64,000 bases of DNA. It comes from a virus. A program made the position numbers and the translations under genes. Shown here one piece after another: positions 1-9,556 of this stretch. The stretch is taken from positions 4,848 to 68,847 of the IMG/VR virus record IMGVR_UViG_3300036830_000392. One strand, written 5' to 3'. The notes beneath the pieces were generated by a model. The model searched no databases. It had not been told where the DNA came from and saw nothing but the letters and a program-made list of their open reading frames with translations. How positions within the stretch are numbered: position 1 is the stretch's first letter; every line of letters begins with the position of its first letter.

Positions 1-441
1 GCGGCTTTCCCAGGTGGCGTCCTGAACGGCGGCCAGGTTGCGCACTGGGCTGGCATCGAGAAGGCCCAGACCGGCGCCGGCCATCAGCTCCTGGCCCTTC
101 GTCAGGTGCAGCCGCTGCACCAGCCGGGTGGCGCGGTCAACGGCGGCGTTTCCGTACTTGGCGATGCCGGCGTCGTCCTGCGACGGCCCGCGGAAGAACT
201 GGATGCTGACCACCGCCCGCTTGGGGCCGGTGACCCTTTCGGTACTGGTGTTGTCGAGGTTGTCGACGTTGTCTTCTGATGGCGTACCCACGTCGACGCA
301 GGAGATCACCTTCACGGTGGCGATCTCGATGCCCTGGCCGCCGGCCGGGATGATCTGATCGGCTGGGCGCACCGAGTTCGCCGGCATGCTCATCACGATC
401 CGCACCAGGCCGCGAACGACTTTGTTCAGGTCGTCGATCAC
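1..441 (-). CDS. Neck/tail terminator protein (runs off the window start)
   Basis: Not in the ORF track. GTG at 441 overlaps the upstream TGA, and the frame (MIDDLNKVVRGLVRIVMSMPANSVRPADQ...VSIQFFRG...) is open to position 1. Position follows the head-closure gene. Confidence 0.7.
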   Translation of the reverse strand, partial: MIDDLNKVVRGLVRIVMSMPANSVRPADQIIPAGGQGIEIATVKVISCVDVGTPSEDNVDNLDNTSTERVTGPKRAVVSIQFFRGPSQDDAGIAKYGNAAVDRATRLVQRLHLTKGQELMAGAGLGLLDASPVRNLAAVQDATWESR

Positions 442-791
442 GGGACGAATCCCTCCGCGAACACCCGAAAGTAGCCGTTGTCCGCCCAGGGCTCCGACTT
501 GATGACCCGATACGCCTTCTTGTCGACGGTGATGACGTCGGACTCGGTAGCGTCGCCGTCGGCGGCGAACAGCTCGCAGCCGCACCACACGGAGATGATC
601 TCCTTGAGGCGCGAGCCTTCAGGCAGCAGCTGCAGATCGTTCGGGCGCGCCGGCTGGACGATGCCCTGGAGGTTGAGCGTCTCATACGAATACGACGCCA
701 CTCCCTCGTCAGCGACGGCCAACGTCGGCCGCCGCACGGAGAACCCCCGCACGAAGTCGGGGTCGGTCATCATTTCGGAGACGTCGATCAA
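438..791 (-). CDS. Head-closure / head-tail joining protein
   Basis: MIDVSEMMTDPDF...GIVQPA...LQLLPEG motif typical of this neck gene. Synteny. Confidence 0.75.
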   Translation of the reverse strand: MIDVSEMMTDPDFVRGFSVRRPTLAVADEGVASYSYETLNLQGIVQPARPNDLQLLPEGSRLKEIISVWCGCELFAADGDATESDVITVDKKAYRVIKSEPWADNGYFRVFAEGFVP

Positions 792-1261
792 GTGGCCTCG
801 CCTTCGTTGACGATCTGATAGGTGATCGATTGTCTCAAGGATCCGCTGTCGATGAGCGGTTTGGTCGAGCCCTTCCGCTTGATGGTCGAGGGCGCGAGCG
901 GCGCGAAAGTCCCGTCTGTGATCTCGCGCTGCACCGCCGCCGCCGCCGCGAGCCCCAGCCGGCCCAGCGCTGTGGCCGCCGTGAAACCGCCGCTGGCGAT
1001 CCGCTTGATGTGGTCGGCGTTCAGCGCGATCAACTGCGGCAGCGAGTTCATGATGCCCGCGCGCAGGAACGACCGCTCCGGGATGCCACGCTCGGGCGAG
1101 CCGAACTCGTGCACCGCCGCGATCATCGCGAGCGGCGTGCCGTCGGGCTCGGCCTTACCCGCGGGGACGCCCACCAGCACGCGGCGCTTGTCGTTCGCGA
1201 AACGCCGGTGCAGAGCCGTCAGGCCTGCCAGCCGCGTGTCCTTGATGATGCGCACGCCCAT
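788..1261 (-). CDS. Neck / virion morphogenesis protein (HK97 gp10-like)
   Basis: IAAVHEFG...IPERSFLR...PLAPSTIKRKGSTKPLIDSG motifs. Confidence 0.85.
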   Translation of the reverse strand: MGVRIIKDTRLAGLTALHRRFANDKRRVLVGVPAGKAEPDGTPLAMIAAVHEFGSPERGIPERSFLRAGIMNSLPQLIALNADHIKRIASGGFTAATALGRLGLAAAAAVQREITDGTFAPLAPSTIKRKGSTKPLIDSGSLRQSITYQIVNEGEAT

Positions 1262-1623
1262 CAGACGGCCACGGTTCCCATTCCAACCTCGTCCCGCAGT
1301 TCCGAGTAGCGTTGACCGTAGAGCGTCCCGAAGTAGGAGTTCTTGGTCTGCGCTTCGACGAAGGCAGCGCTTCTGGTCACCCTGACGCTGCCGACCTGTT
1401 TCTCGATGATGCCGGTGGCGCCGGCGTTCTTCAGGGCGCCGCCCTGAGACGGATCCATCGTGATCCGGTGGGCCACGAAGTTCGCCAGGCCCTCGGTGTA
1501 ACGGCCGCCCCAGCGTTCGACGTTGAATTCCTCGTCCGCGGCGTCGAGATGCCTTTGCACCACGCCTGCCGAAACGGCTTCAAACGCTGGGGCGAAATAC
1601 GCCTTGAACTCGGCGACCGTCAT
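1261..1623 (-). CDS. Head-tail adaptor (DUF4054-like)
   Basis: EFKAYF...FVAH...VGSVRV...TLYGQRY pattern, downstream of the capsid gene. Confidence 0.8.
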   Translation of the reverse strand: MTVAEFKAYFAPAFEAVSAGVVQRHLDAADEEFNVERWGGRYTEGLANFVAHRITMDPSQGGALKNAGATGIIEKQVGSVRVTRSAAFVEAQTKNSYFGTLYGQRYSELRDEVGMGTVAV

Positions 1624-1626
1624 GAC

Positions 1627-1917
1627 CTACTTGGCGGGCGGGGGCGGGTCCTTCTGCGGGTCCTTCTGCTCGCCGCCGGCCGGCTTGGCCTTCTGCGGGT
1701 CCTTCTGCTCAGCCGCCTCGACCAGATCGCCGCTGGCGAACAGCCCGGCGCCCCAACTGTCTTTCTTCAGGCCAGCCAAGAATTCGGCCGTCACGGTGGC
1801 CGACCCGTTCCGACGGGTGCCGTTGTCGTCCTTCTGGGCCGGCGGGATCTGCACGGTCCCCTGGCCGAGAACGCTGCAGTCGTACTGACGCTCTGACGTG
1901 TTTTCGATCTTCGGCAT
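1627..1917 (-). CDS. Small virion-associated protein with EQKDPQK repeats
   Basis: Strong RBS (AAGGAG). Directly after the capsid gene. Confidence 0.75.
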   Translation of the reverse strand: MPKIENTSERQYDCSVLGQGTVQIPPAQKDDNGTRRNGSATVTAEFLAGLKKDSWGAGLFASGDLVEAAEQKDPQKAKPAGGEQKDPQKDPPPPAK

Positions 1918-1939
1918 GGTGCCTCTCCTTGCGGTGGTG

Positions 1940-1983
1940 AAAATGAAATCGGGCGCCCGCCCAGCATGCGGACGAGCGCCCGA
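1940..1983 (-). terminator. Intrinsic terminator after the capsid gene
   Basis: Stem TCGGGCGC (1949-1956) / GCGCCCGA (1976-1983) followed by TTTCATTTT on the minus strand. Confidence 0.55.
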
Positions 1984-1991
1984 GTCTCCAG
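1963..1991 (-). promoter_or_regulatory. Phage late-type promoter motif
   Basis: aaatCTGGAG-17-CATGCT. Confidence 0.65.
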
Positions 1992-2010
1992 ATTTCAGCG
2001 GGCGAGCTGC

Positions 2011-3051
2011 CTAGACCGCGTCCATGTAGTAGACGGTCGCCGGGCGGCGGATCTCCAGGCCGGCGTACCGGTACTCGCCCGGCACGTTAGTGGCCAGGTC
2101 GACCTCCTGCGGCGCCCGGAACATCAGCGGCATCGGCAGGTGCAGGACCATGTTGTCGTTCATCGGGTTGAAGAACACGACCCTCTTGGACGAGGAACCG
2201 CCCAGGATGGCCAGCTCGTCCGCGGACTGGATGTCCAGGCCGGGATAGATGCGCTTGATGAACTCCAGCACCGTGATGTCGCTGGCAGACGAGCGCGGGA
2301 TCAGCAGACGGCTGTACGACGAGATCGGCATAACGATCTTCGTCGGGAAATCGGTATCCTTGGTGGCGATCTTCACGTTGGTCAATCCGACCGTGATGTC
2401 GCTGATGATGGTGTCAGCCGTGGCCGCGTCCCACACCGCGCCGCTGGGGCGGTTGGCCGCCGTGACGGACGCGTTGTTGAACAGACCCGTGAAATTCGAG
2501 CCCGCTTCACCCTGGAGCGCGACGAAGTTCATGTGGCGCTGATACATCTCCATCGCGGTGAGCCGTCGGCCCTCGGGCAACGGGCGCTTGAAGAACGCCG
2601 ACGCGCGGAGGTCCTGGGTGGTGTACCCATACTTCACGCCGCCGTGAGCGATCGCGATGCTCTTCCGAGAGGAAGAGACGTCAGCCGTCGGCAGGTTGGT
2701 ACCCGCCGGCGAGACACGCTTTCCCATGCCGACCTGGTCGACGACCTCATACTCGACCGACTCTTTGCCGGGACCAGCCGCATAGCTGATCGTGTTGCCG
2801 ATGAGGTCGATGTACTTCTTCGGCGCATACTTGCGCGCGAAGAGGCCTTCTTCCTCGTAGGCCAACTGCGACACCGCGAAGGCGTGCGCCTCCTGAGCAT
2901 CGTTGGCGGAGGGCTTCCCGAAGTCGTCGCCCGCCCCGAAACCGAGGATGTGCGGGTGCGTCTTCAGGTAGTGGTCGAAGGCGTTGTAGCGATGATCGCT
3001 GACAGTCGCCTCCACCCACCTGTTCATCGCGTCTTTGGCTTTGATCTTCAT
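2011..3051 (-). CDS. Major capsid protein (DUF2184 / HK97 fold)
   Basis: 346 aa. YGYTTQDLRAS, TGLFNN and AGLEIRRPATVYYMD motifs. Follows the protease and decoration genes. Confidence 0.9.
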   Translation of the reverse strand: MKIKAKDAMNRWVEATVSDHRYNAFDHYLKTHPHILGFGAGDDFGKPSANDAQEAHAFAVSQLAYEEEGLFARKYAPKKYIDLIGNTISYAAGPGKESVEYEVVDQVGMGKRVSPAGTNLPTADVSSSRKSIAIAHGGVKYGYTTQDLRASAFFKRPLPEGRRLTAMEMYQRHMNFVALQGEAGSNFTGLFNNASVTAANRPSGAVWDAATADTIISDITVGLTNVKIATKDTDFPTKIVMPISSYSRLLIPRSSASDITVLEFIKRIYPGLDIQSADELAILGGSSSKRVVFFNPMNDNMVLHLPMPLMFRAPQEVDLATNVPGEYRYAGLEIRRPATVYYMDAV

Positions 3052-3102
3052 GGTCGATTCCTTGCGAGAGTTGTTGTTCAGAGCCTTGGGTGTCGCCTTC
3101 GC

Positions 3103-3609
3103 CTAGACGAAGTTGCCGATGCGGATGCGAGCCGGGTTCCCGGCGGTGGCGGTCTCCAGCCACACAGCGCCCGAGAGCGCCATGCGCGAGGTGCCGTTGG
3201 CGGCGCCGGCGGTGGTGCCGGACAACTTGCCCGTCTGCGCGGGCAGAGCGATGACGCCGTCGCCAGCGACCACGTTCTCGAACGGGATCGCCCAGATGAT
3301 CCCCTGCTTCATGACAGGCACCGCCTGGTAGCGGGGGTAGTTGACGGTGTTGTTGCCGTCGGTGCTGGCCACCTGGGTGGCGATGCTCTTGGTGATGCCG
3401 ATCGGGACATCGCCGTTGGTCGCCACCGGCTTGCAGTTCAGCGGCTGACCGGGCGCCACGGCCGCGCCGCGCGCGACGGCGACGCCATAGTCGATGGCGG
3501 CCGCGTTCTCGTTGATCATGCTGTCGGTCTCGATGTCGCGCTCGGTCTGGCCGGCGTAACCCGGGCTCAGCGTGACGCCGCCGTAGGTGCTCAGAGTGGG
3601 AAGTGCCAT
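3103..3609 (-). CDS. Capsid decoration/cement protein
   Basis: GYAGQ...IDYGVAV...VPVMKQGIIW motifs, between protease and capsid genes. Confidence 0.8.
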   Translation of the reverse strand: MALPTLSTYGGVTLSPGYAGQTERDIETDSMINENAAAIDYGVAVARGAAVAPGQPLNCKPVATNGDVPIGITKSIATQVASTDGNNTVNYPRYQAVPVMKQGIIWAIPFENVVAGDGVIALPAQTGKLSGTTAGAANGTSRMALSGAVWLETATAGNPARIRIGNFV

Positions 3610-3657
3610 TGGTCTCTCCTCGTGAAAGTTCTGGTTTGGGTGCTCTGGGCGGCCGAC

Positions 3658-4890
3658 CTACTCGGCGTCGTCCTTTTGAAAGTCCGGGTCCTGCTGGCGT
3701 GCCATCCACAGGTCGCGCCCCGTCAGCTTCGTGACCGCCTGTTCTCCGGCGCCGCCGCCCGCCATCGCCCGATCGGCCGCCCGCGTGGCCGCATCGGTCG
3801 CCGATGCCACGGTCGTTCCCTTGGCGGCCAGCGCCACGTCGAAGGCGATCGCGACCACGGACGCACTTTCCGGCTTGGCCGGATCGGCTCCTTGGAGCGC
3901 GGCCGTCACGAACGGCTTGACCGCCTCGTCGGTGGCCAGCACGTGCGCGACCACTTCCGCGCGAATGACCTCGGGCGCCTTCGACTCGGGTTTGTAGTCG
4001 GGCGCGAGCTTGGCGGCGTCCGCCACCAGCTTGGTCCGCTCGACCACCAGCTCCTGAATCTTCTCGGGTTTGACGACCTTTGCCTCGATCTCGGCCAGCT
4101 TCGCGGCATGGTCGGTCGCGCTCTTGGTCGCGGCTTCCTTCAGGTCGGCCACCTGGGTCTCTGCGGTCGTGGCGCGCGTCTCGGCCGCCGTGGCCGCCGC
4201 CGTCGCGTCGGTCGCCCGCTTGGTGGCATCGTTCACCACCCGCTGGACGATCGTCGCGGTCTGCTCTTCCAGATCAACCGAGAACCCGTCGAGTGCCAGC
4301 TTGATCATTCCCATTGGTCTGTCTCCCTTGCGGTGGTCCGCGATTCGGCACGACGACCCACCCCGGGCCATGTCGACGATCGCTGTGTGATTGCCCCGGA
4401 TCTGTCTCTGGACGCCGTCGTACTTCTCGCCGGCGGGGCTAACGCCAGGCGTGAGGTCCAGTTCAAAGTCGTAGCCATTCGAGAGTTGGGCCTTGCCCTC
4501 GACGACTTTCCTGACCGCCGCGACGTCGCGCACGATCACGGTGCCCGCGAGGCCGCCATCACCCGGCTTGACGCCGTGGACGTCGCCGACGACAACGCCG
4601 GCAGCTGCCATCTCTTTCCAGTTGCCAGCGTGGACGTCGTGCCGCGGGTGATTGTCGGTGATCGGCTTGCCTTCGAAGGAGCGGTATGAGTCCTGGGCGA
4701 AGACCTCTTCGGGTGGGCGGTACAGGCGGATGACCTTGTCCCCGCCGGGCAGGCCCAGCTCGTTGGCGGCGTACTCCTGCACGTTGCCAGCTCGGGAGAT
4801 CATGCCGGGCGCGATTAGGTATCCCTCGTCGGTCACGTGCCTGGAGGTGATCCCCAGCAGATCCTTGACGGAGCACCGGCGAAGGCTCAC
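3658..4890 (-). CDS. Prohead protease-scaffold (DUF2213-like)
   Basis: RPPEEVF, PITDNHP, LSNGY and GNHTAIVDMARGG motifs. Ala-rich coiled C-terminal half. Confidence 0.9.
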   Translation of the reverse strand: MSLRRCSVKDLLGITSRHVTDEGYLIAPGMISRAGNVQEYAANELGLPGGDKVIRLYRPPEEVFAQDSYRSFEGKPITDNHPRHDVHAGNWKEMAAAGVVVGDVHGVKPGDGGLAGTVIVRDVAAVRKVVEGKAQLSNGYDFELDLTPGVSPAGEKYDGVQRQIRGNHTAIVDMARGGSSCRIADHRKGDRPMGMIKLALDGFSVDLEEQTATIVQRVVNDATKRATDATAAATAAETRATTAETQVADLKEAATKSATDHAAKLAEIEAKVVKPEKIQELVVERTKLVADAAKLAPDYKPESKAPEVIRAEVVAHVLATDEAVKPFVTAALQGADPAKPESASVVAIAFDVALAAKGTTVASATDAATRAADRAMAGGGAGEQAVTKLTGRDLWMARQQDPDFQKDDAE

Positions 4891-5825
4891 GCAGCCACCG
4901 CTTCCTGGCCGCCGCCTTCGATTTCATCGAGATCGAAGACAGGTATCGGCACGCACCTGCAGTTGATTGGGTAGCCAGGATTTGCCGGCTCCCCGTCGAC
5001 CATCGGCGGCGCGTCCCAGCGCTGGGTGGTGCCATCGAGCGCGGCATGCGATCGGCGCACGCGCTCATCATGTGCGGTCAACCATGTATAGCGTTCGATC
5101 CCAACCGACCGCTGCCGAACCTCGTTGAACGCGCTGTTGAGCTTGCTCGTCTGGTCGCGGGCGATCAGGCGAGCACGAGAATCGGTAACATCTCCGACGT
5201 GAGCGATGCGCTCCGCCAGCGATTCCCAGCGGATGCCTTGCTCCCAAGACGCCGAGATCTCCTCTTCGAGGCGCTGGAAGTACTGGCGGGGAATGCTGGT
5301 GATGAGATCGACGTTCGCCTGAACCGCCGCACGCAGCGCCGGCCCGATCCGTTCGTCGGCTCGGATCGTGGCCAGAAGGTCGACGCCCACCGACTGCCTG
5401 ATCGCCGCCGCCAGGCGCTGGTCGACCTCGCCCAGGTTCTTGCGGGCGACCAAGTCGGCAAGCCGCTTGGCGACGCCGCCGATATTGCCGAACTTCTCGG
5501 CGGTGCGCTGGAGCAAAGACGGCAAGCCGAGGCGGGTTTCGTCGGCGACGGCGAGTCGCCCTGCTTCATCGGCCAGCTGTTCGCTGGTCAGCCGCCGGAC
5601 TTCTTCGTCCCGAGACTCAACCCTCGGCCACGCAGAACGCAGCCCCTCCCCAACCTCCGCCCCGGCCTGTCTGAGTAGATCGACGATCCCGCCCAGCTCC
5701 GCGCGGTACCAAAGTTCGTTGCGGCGGCTGGCGCGCACAGGGCGCAACGTTCTCTCCCGCCTCTTTCGGAGTGGGTTCGCCCGCGGATGAGTCGCGGCAA
5801 GATGGCGAAGATGAACGAGCAACAC
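4887..5825 (-). CDS. Head morphogenesis protein (SPP1 gp7 / Mu gpF family)
   Basis: RARLIARDQTSKLN, YTWLTAHDERVRRSH and PGYPINCRC motifs. Confidence 0.92.
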   Translation of the reverse strand: MLLVHLRHLAATHPRANPLRKRRERTLRPVRASRRNELWYRAELGGIVDLLRQAGAEVGEGLRSAWPRVESRDEEVRRLTSEQLADEAGRLAVADETRLGLPSLLQRTAEKFGNIGGVAKRLADLVARKNLGEVDQRLAAAIRQSVGVDLLATIRADERIGPALRAAVQANVDLITSIPRQYFQRLEEEISASWEQGIRWESLAERIAHVGDVTDSRARLIARDQTSKLNSAFNEVRQRSVGIERYTWLTAHDERVRRSHAALDGTTQRWDAPPMVDGEPANPGYPINCRCVPIPVFDLDEIEGGGQEAVAA

Positions 5826-5833
5826 GCCTCTTC

Positions 5834-5912
5834 ACGATGGGGCAGGCGGATCGGATCCCAAGTTTTGGCCCGGGCGTTGAATCTGGAGAGAGGCCCATGG
5901 CGCACCCATTCT
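5834..5912. promoter_or_regulatory. Back-to-back late-type promoters for the head operon (-) and portal (+)
   Basis: Minus: aaaaCTTGGG(5862-5857)-17-CATCGT-8-GTG. Plus: gaatCTGGAG(5883-5888)-18-CATTCT-7-ATG. Confidence 0.7.
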
Positions 5913-5919
5913 GTGGGGC

Positions 5920-7428
5920 ATGGCGAACTGGCTCGGGCGGCTCTTTGGCGGCGGCTCAAAGGCTGCTGATTCGGTGGCCCTGGCGATCCCGGCGGGAACC
6001 GATCTTCAGAAAATGGTAACGGACGCCATTCGCGAAGTCGCAGCCGGCATGGACGGTGGACTCCAGAATCTTGCCGCCGGGCTCGGGACCTACCGGGACA
6101 AGAGCTACTACTCCGAGTACGGCGCGGTAACTCGCCTGAACGAAGAAGAGGTCACGCGGATGTACCGGGGCAGCTGGATTCCCCGGAAGATCGTGGACTG
6201 CGTGACCGAAGACATGACCAGAGAATGGGTCACGCTTTCGTTTGGAAGTGGGCAAAAGACAGACCAGGGCGCCGCCCGCGCCGTCGCAGAGACCGAGAAG
6301 AATTTGAACGTGAGGAGAGAGTTCGCCCACGGAATCAGATGGGGTCGCGCCTTCGGCGGCGGCGGGATGGTGATGCGCCTTCGGAATGACGGCGCCGTTC
6401 TTGAGCAGCCGTTAAATCCCGAGAGCATAAAGAAGGGCGATCTCGTCCTGGTTAAGACCTACGATCGCTTCAACCTGGTGGTCGACGGCACGGAGATCGA
6501 CAACGAAACCACGACGGCCGCGGGGAAAACTAACCCGAACTTTGGTCTCCCGAAGTTCTACACCGTCATTGACGTTGGCGGTGGGCAGGTCAACCGAATC
6601 CATGCCAGCCGGGTGATCCGTTTCGGCGGAGCGGTGACGCCGCGCCGAGCTTGGATCTCAAACGGCTACTGGGACGACAGCGTGCTGCTGGCCCCCATGC
6701 AGGCGATAAGGAATTACGACGCGGCGACTGGCGGCATCGCGAGCATGGTCTTTGAAACCAAGCTCGACATCATCAGCGTGGCCGGCCTGACGAACGCGCT
6801 CGCGACCAAAGACGGTGAAGCCAAAATCACCGCACGTTTCTTGGCCGGCGCCATCATGAAATCGCTGAACAAGATCCTGCTGATCGACAAGGACAAGGAG
6901 GCCTTCGCCCAGAAACAGATCACCTTCACCGGTCTCAAAGACGTGCTGGAGGGGATGATGAACGCCCTGAGCGGCGCTGCGGATGTCCCGTTGACGCGAT
7001 TGTTCGGGCAGTCCCCCGGCGGGATGAATGCCACCGGAGATAGCGACATGCGCAATCACTATGACCACATCAAGGGGCGGCAGACTTCAGACGTTCGCCC
7101 GCAGCTTTCGCAGTTTCATGAGGTCGAAATCCGATCGGCGCTGGGCACCATGCCGCCGGAGACCTCGTTCGAATTCAACCCGCTGTGGCAGCAGACCGCG
7201 AAGGAGAAGGCCGACACTGAAAAGGTGCGGGCCGACACGCGCAAGGTCTATTGGGACATCGGCGCGCTGAACGAGGGTGGAGTCGCCCGCGAGTTGCACG
7301 CGGATGGATCGATGAAGACCATGACCGACAGGGACGTGACGCTGGCGGAGGAGTTGGCGCAGCAGCCGGAGCCGGAGCCGCCGGCGTTCACGCCGGCAAA
7401 GACGAACGTTCCGCCCGCTGCCCGTTAG
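5920..7428 (+). CDS. Portal protein (DUF1073 family), inverted relative to neighbours
   Basis: MYRGSWIPRKIVD..EDMTREW, RIHASRVIRF, ADVPLTRLFGQSPGGMNATGDSD and FEFNPLWQ motifs. Confidence 0.93.
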   Translation: MANWLGRLFGGGSKAADSVALAIPAGTDLQKMVTDAIREVAAGMDGGLQNLAAGLGTYRDKSYYSEYGAVTRLNEEEVTRMYRGSWIPRKIVDCVTEDMTREWVTLSFGSGQKTDQGAARAVAETEKNLNVRREFAHGIRWGRAFGGGGMVMRLRNDGAVLEQPLNPESIKKGDLVLVKTYDRFNLVVDGTEIDNETTTAAGKTNPNFGLPKFYTVIDVGGGQVNRIHASRVIRFGGAVTPRRAWISNGYWDDSVLLAPMQAIRNYDAATGGIASMVFETKLDIISVAGLTNALATKDGEAKITARFLAGAIMKSLNKILLIDKDKEAFAQKQITFTGLKDVLEGMMNALSGAADVPLTRLFGQSPGGMNATGDSDMRNHYDHIKGRQTSDVRPQLSQFHEVEIRSALGTMPPETSFEFNPLWQQTAKEKADTEKVRADTRKVYWDIGALNEGGVARELHADGSMKTMTDRDVTLAEELAQQPEPEPPAFTPAKTNVPPAAR

Positions 7429-8792
7429 ACCACGTCCCACATGTTCAGCGCGTTGGCGATCTCCTTGAACGCGCCGGCGCTGGCATCGGGCGCGTCGTCG
7501 TGAACGCCCTTCGCGGGGAAGCCCTCCATCTGCGAGAAGTACTGGGCGTTCCATGGCCCTTTGACCACGTCCACGTTGCCGGCCTGCCACTGCGCTGAGA
7601 AGGGTTCGACGCGCGTCTCTTTGGGGCCCGTCTCCCGCTCGGTCTCGACGTCGAAGCCGGCCAGCATAGATACGTAGCTGTCAGCCTGGTCGACGCCGGC
7701 TTGGCCGGGATCGCGCGGGACAATCACCTTCACCGACGACCCGTCGATGTGCGCGGTGTTCAGCACCAGCTTACGGACGTCGTCTGATCGCTTCCTCGCG
7801 AACTCGACATGCCCGACCACGTAGCGGCCGCTTTCTCTGCGTCCGAGCTTCACGCCGCACGTCCAGTCGGGATCTTTGTTCGTCTCCGACGGCTCGGTGG
7901 CCGCGAGGTCCCAGCGGCGGACCCACGCCACAACATCTTCCGGCACGGCGTCCAGCATCCGCACCTCGTTGCGCTGGAAGTAGTCGCCCGACGAGGCCCG
8001 AACCTTCCAATTTCCCATGAGCAGCCGCGCCCGCTCGACGCGCGACATGGCCATAAGCTTGCCGCGATAGGTCGGGTCCTTCTTGTTGCCGATGATGTTG
8101 TCCTCGATCTTGCCGGGGACGAACGTGATGCTCTGGACGTCGATCCGGGCGAGACCGGGCACCAAGGCCATCACCTCTTCCGCGGTGTCGCCCCAGACGA
8201 TTTCCTCCGAAACGCGGGTGAAGTAGCGCAGCTTTCCGGCGCGCTCTGGGATCGCGAAGCCATAGTTCGGGCTCTGGTCGTCCTGCTCGATCCACCACTC
8301 GATCAGCGTGGCGACCCAAGAGTCCGCGTCGGGGTTGCAGGTGGCGAGGATCCGCGACCGGATGCCACAGGAACCACGGTTGCGGCTGACCATGTACCAG
8401 AATTGCTTGCTCGTGAAGTGCGGCAGCTCGTCGAAGACGATCAGCGGGACCTGGGAGCCCTGCCAATCCTCGACGGTCTTCTCGTACTCCAGGTGGGCCA
8501 TCTTGACCTTGGCCCCCGACGGCCAGTGCCATTCGAGCCCGGTGGGCCACGCTCCCAGCAGCGGGTAGATCTTGGTCGCCTCGTCCCAGAGTCCGCCCGG
8601 GTTGTGCACCTGGGTGGTGGTGCGGCGGAAGAACACCGCGCTGAAGCCCTCGGTGTGCATCCCGCGCGCGGCCTCGAGGAGACAGATGAACGTCTTGCCC
8701 GCGAACGCAGCGCCGCCGCCGATCGTGATGTCGGCCCGGCTGGTGGCGAACTGCTCCTGGAACCCCGCCTGGGGTTTAAGAACCAGAGGCAT
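7425..8792 (-). CDS. terL: Terminase large subunit
   Basis: Walker A-like GGAAFAGKT, Walker B VFDEL, ATCNP, nuclease motifs WDLAAT and HDDAPDA. Start refined to MPLVLKPQ. Confidence 0.93.
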   Translation of the reverse strand: MPLVLKPQAGFQEQFATSRADITIGGGAAFAGKTFICLLEAARGMHTEGFSAVFFRRTTTQVHNPGGLWDEATKIYPLLGAWPTGLEWHWPSGAKVKMAHLEYEKTVEDWQGSQVPLIVFDELPHFTSKQFWYMVSRNRGSCGIRSRILATCNPDADSWVATLIEWWIEQDDQSPNYGFAIPERAGKLRYFTRVSEEIVWGDTAEEVMALVPGLARIDVQSITFVPGKIEDNIIGNKKDPTYRGKLMAMSRVERARLLMGNWKVRASSGDYFQRNEVRMLDAVPEDVVAWVRRWDLAATEPSETNKDPDWTCGVKLGRRESGRYVVGHVEFARKRSDDVRKLVLNTAHIDGSSVKVIVPRDPGQAGVDQADSYVSMLAGFDVETERETGPKETRVEPFSAQWQAGNVDVVKGPWNAQYFSQMEGFPAKGVHDDAPDASAGAFKEIANALNMWDVV

Positions 8793-9546
8793 CGCCGTCC
8801 CCGCCGGGCCCGTTGGTTGCCGACCCGGGGCCCGTGTTGTTGTCGGGCATGTAGAGCACCACCGCCGGCGGCGCCGTGAGCACCTGCTGCATTCCGCCCG
8901 GCGCAATGCTCGACAGCAGGGCCTTCGACAGCGCGGCGTGGTCCTTGGCGGCCGTGGCCAGGCGGGCGGCGGCCGACGCCACCGCAAACGCGCTCACGTG
9001 CTCCTTCAGGATGGTGATGACGTTCCCCTTCTCGTCCCGGCGGGGCTGGCCGGTCTTCGGGTCCAGGTCGGGGACCCGGCGGAACGTCGAGAACGACGCG
9101 TGCGCCGCCGCCGTGGAAAGGCGCTCGGCCAAGCGGGTCAGCGCCTGGGTGGTGCTGGCCGCCGCCGACAGCTGGGCGCGGGCCGCCTCCTCCCACGAGC
9201 CCGCGATGATGGTGGCCACCACCTCGGCCGCTCGGACTTCTGCGTCGTTGACCACCTTCTGCACCGCCTCGGCGACCGCTTCGTCTGTGACCTCGCCGCG
9301 GTCCTTCAGCGCGGGGAGGTTCTTGTCGGGCCAGCCGATGCGCACCGCATGCCGCACCCGGTGGATGCTGGCCTTGACCAGTTTGGCCAGCCGGGCAGGG
9401 CTGCGAGCGCCCATCCGGTACTCCTTCAGCCAGCGGGCATACTCTTCGGGGGTTGGCGGTGTGAGGCCCTTGGTCGGGCTGGACTGATCTACCCCCTCGC
9501 CAGTTGGATCACCCGCTGGATCGCCGGGTGGATCGGGTTCTGCCAT
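8776..9546 (-). CDS. Putative terminase small subunit
   Basis: Directly upstream of and overlapping terL. HTH-like N-terminus, helical middle, C-terminal VLYMPDN. Start 9546 chosen because ATG 9558 overlaps the -10 box. Confidence 0.7.
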   Translation of the reverse strand: MAEPDPPGDPAGDPTGEGVDQSSPTKGLTPPTPEEYARWLKEYRMGARSPARLAKLVKASIHRVRHAVRIGWPDKNLPALKDRGEVTDEAVAEAVQKVVNDAEVRAAEVVATIIAGSWEEAARAQLSAAASTTQALTRLAERLSTAAAHASFSTFRRVPDLDPKTGQPRRDEKGNVITILKEHVSAFAVASAAARLATAAKDHAALSKALLSSIAPGGMQQVLTAPPAVVLYMPDNNTGPGSATNGPGGDGDASGS

Positions 9547-9556
9547 CGCATCACCC

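Noticed and set aside
1966-4689. 907-aa + strand ORF and other long antisense ORFs (e.g. 38585-40051, 53962-55374)
   Set aside because: These are shadows of high-GC3 minus-strand genes, with Arg/Gly/His-rich composition and no motifs.
5826-7440. Portal as a recombinase-driven invertible segment
   Set aside because: No flanking inverted repeats were seen. Interlocked stop codons and dedicated promoters suggest a fixed arrangement.
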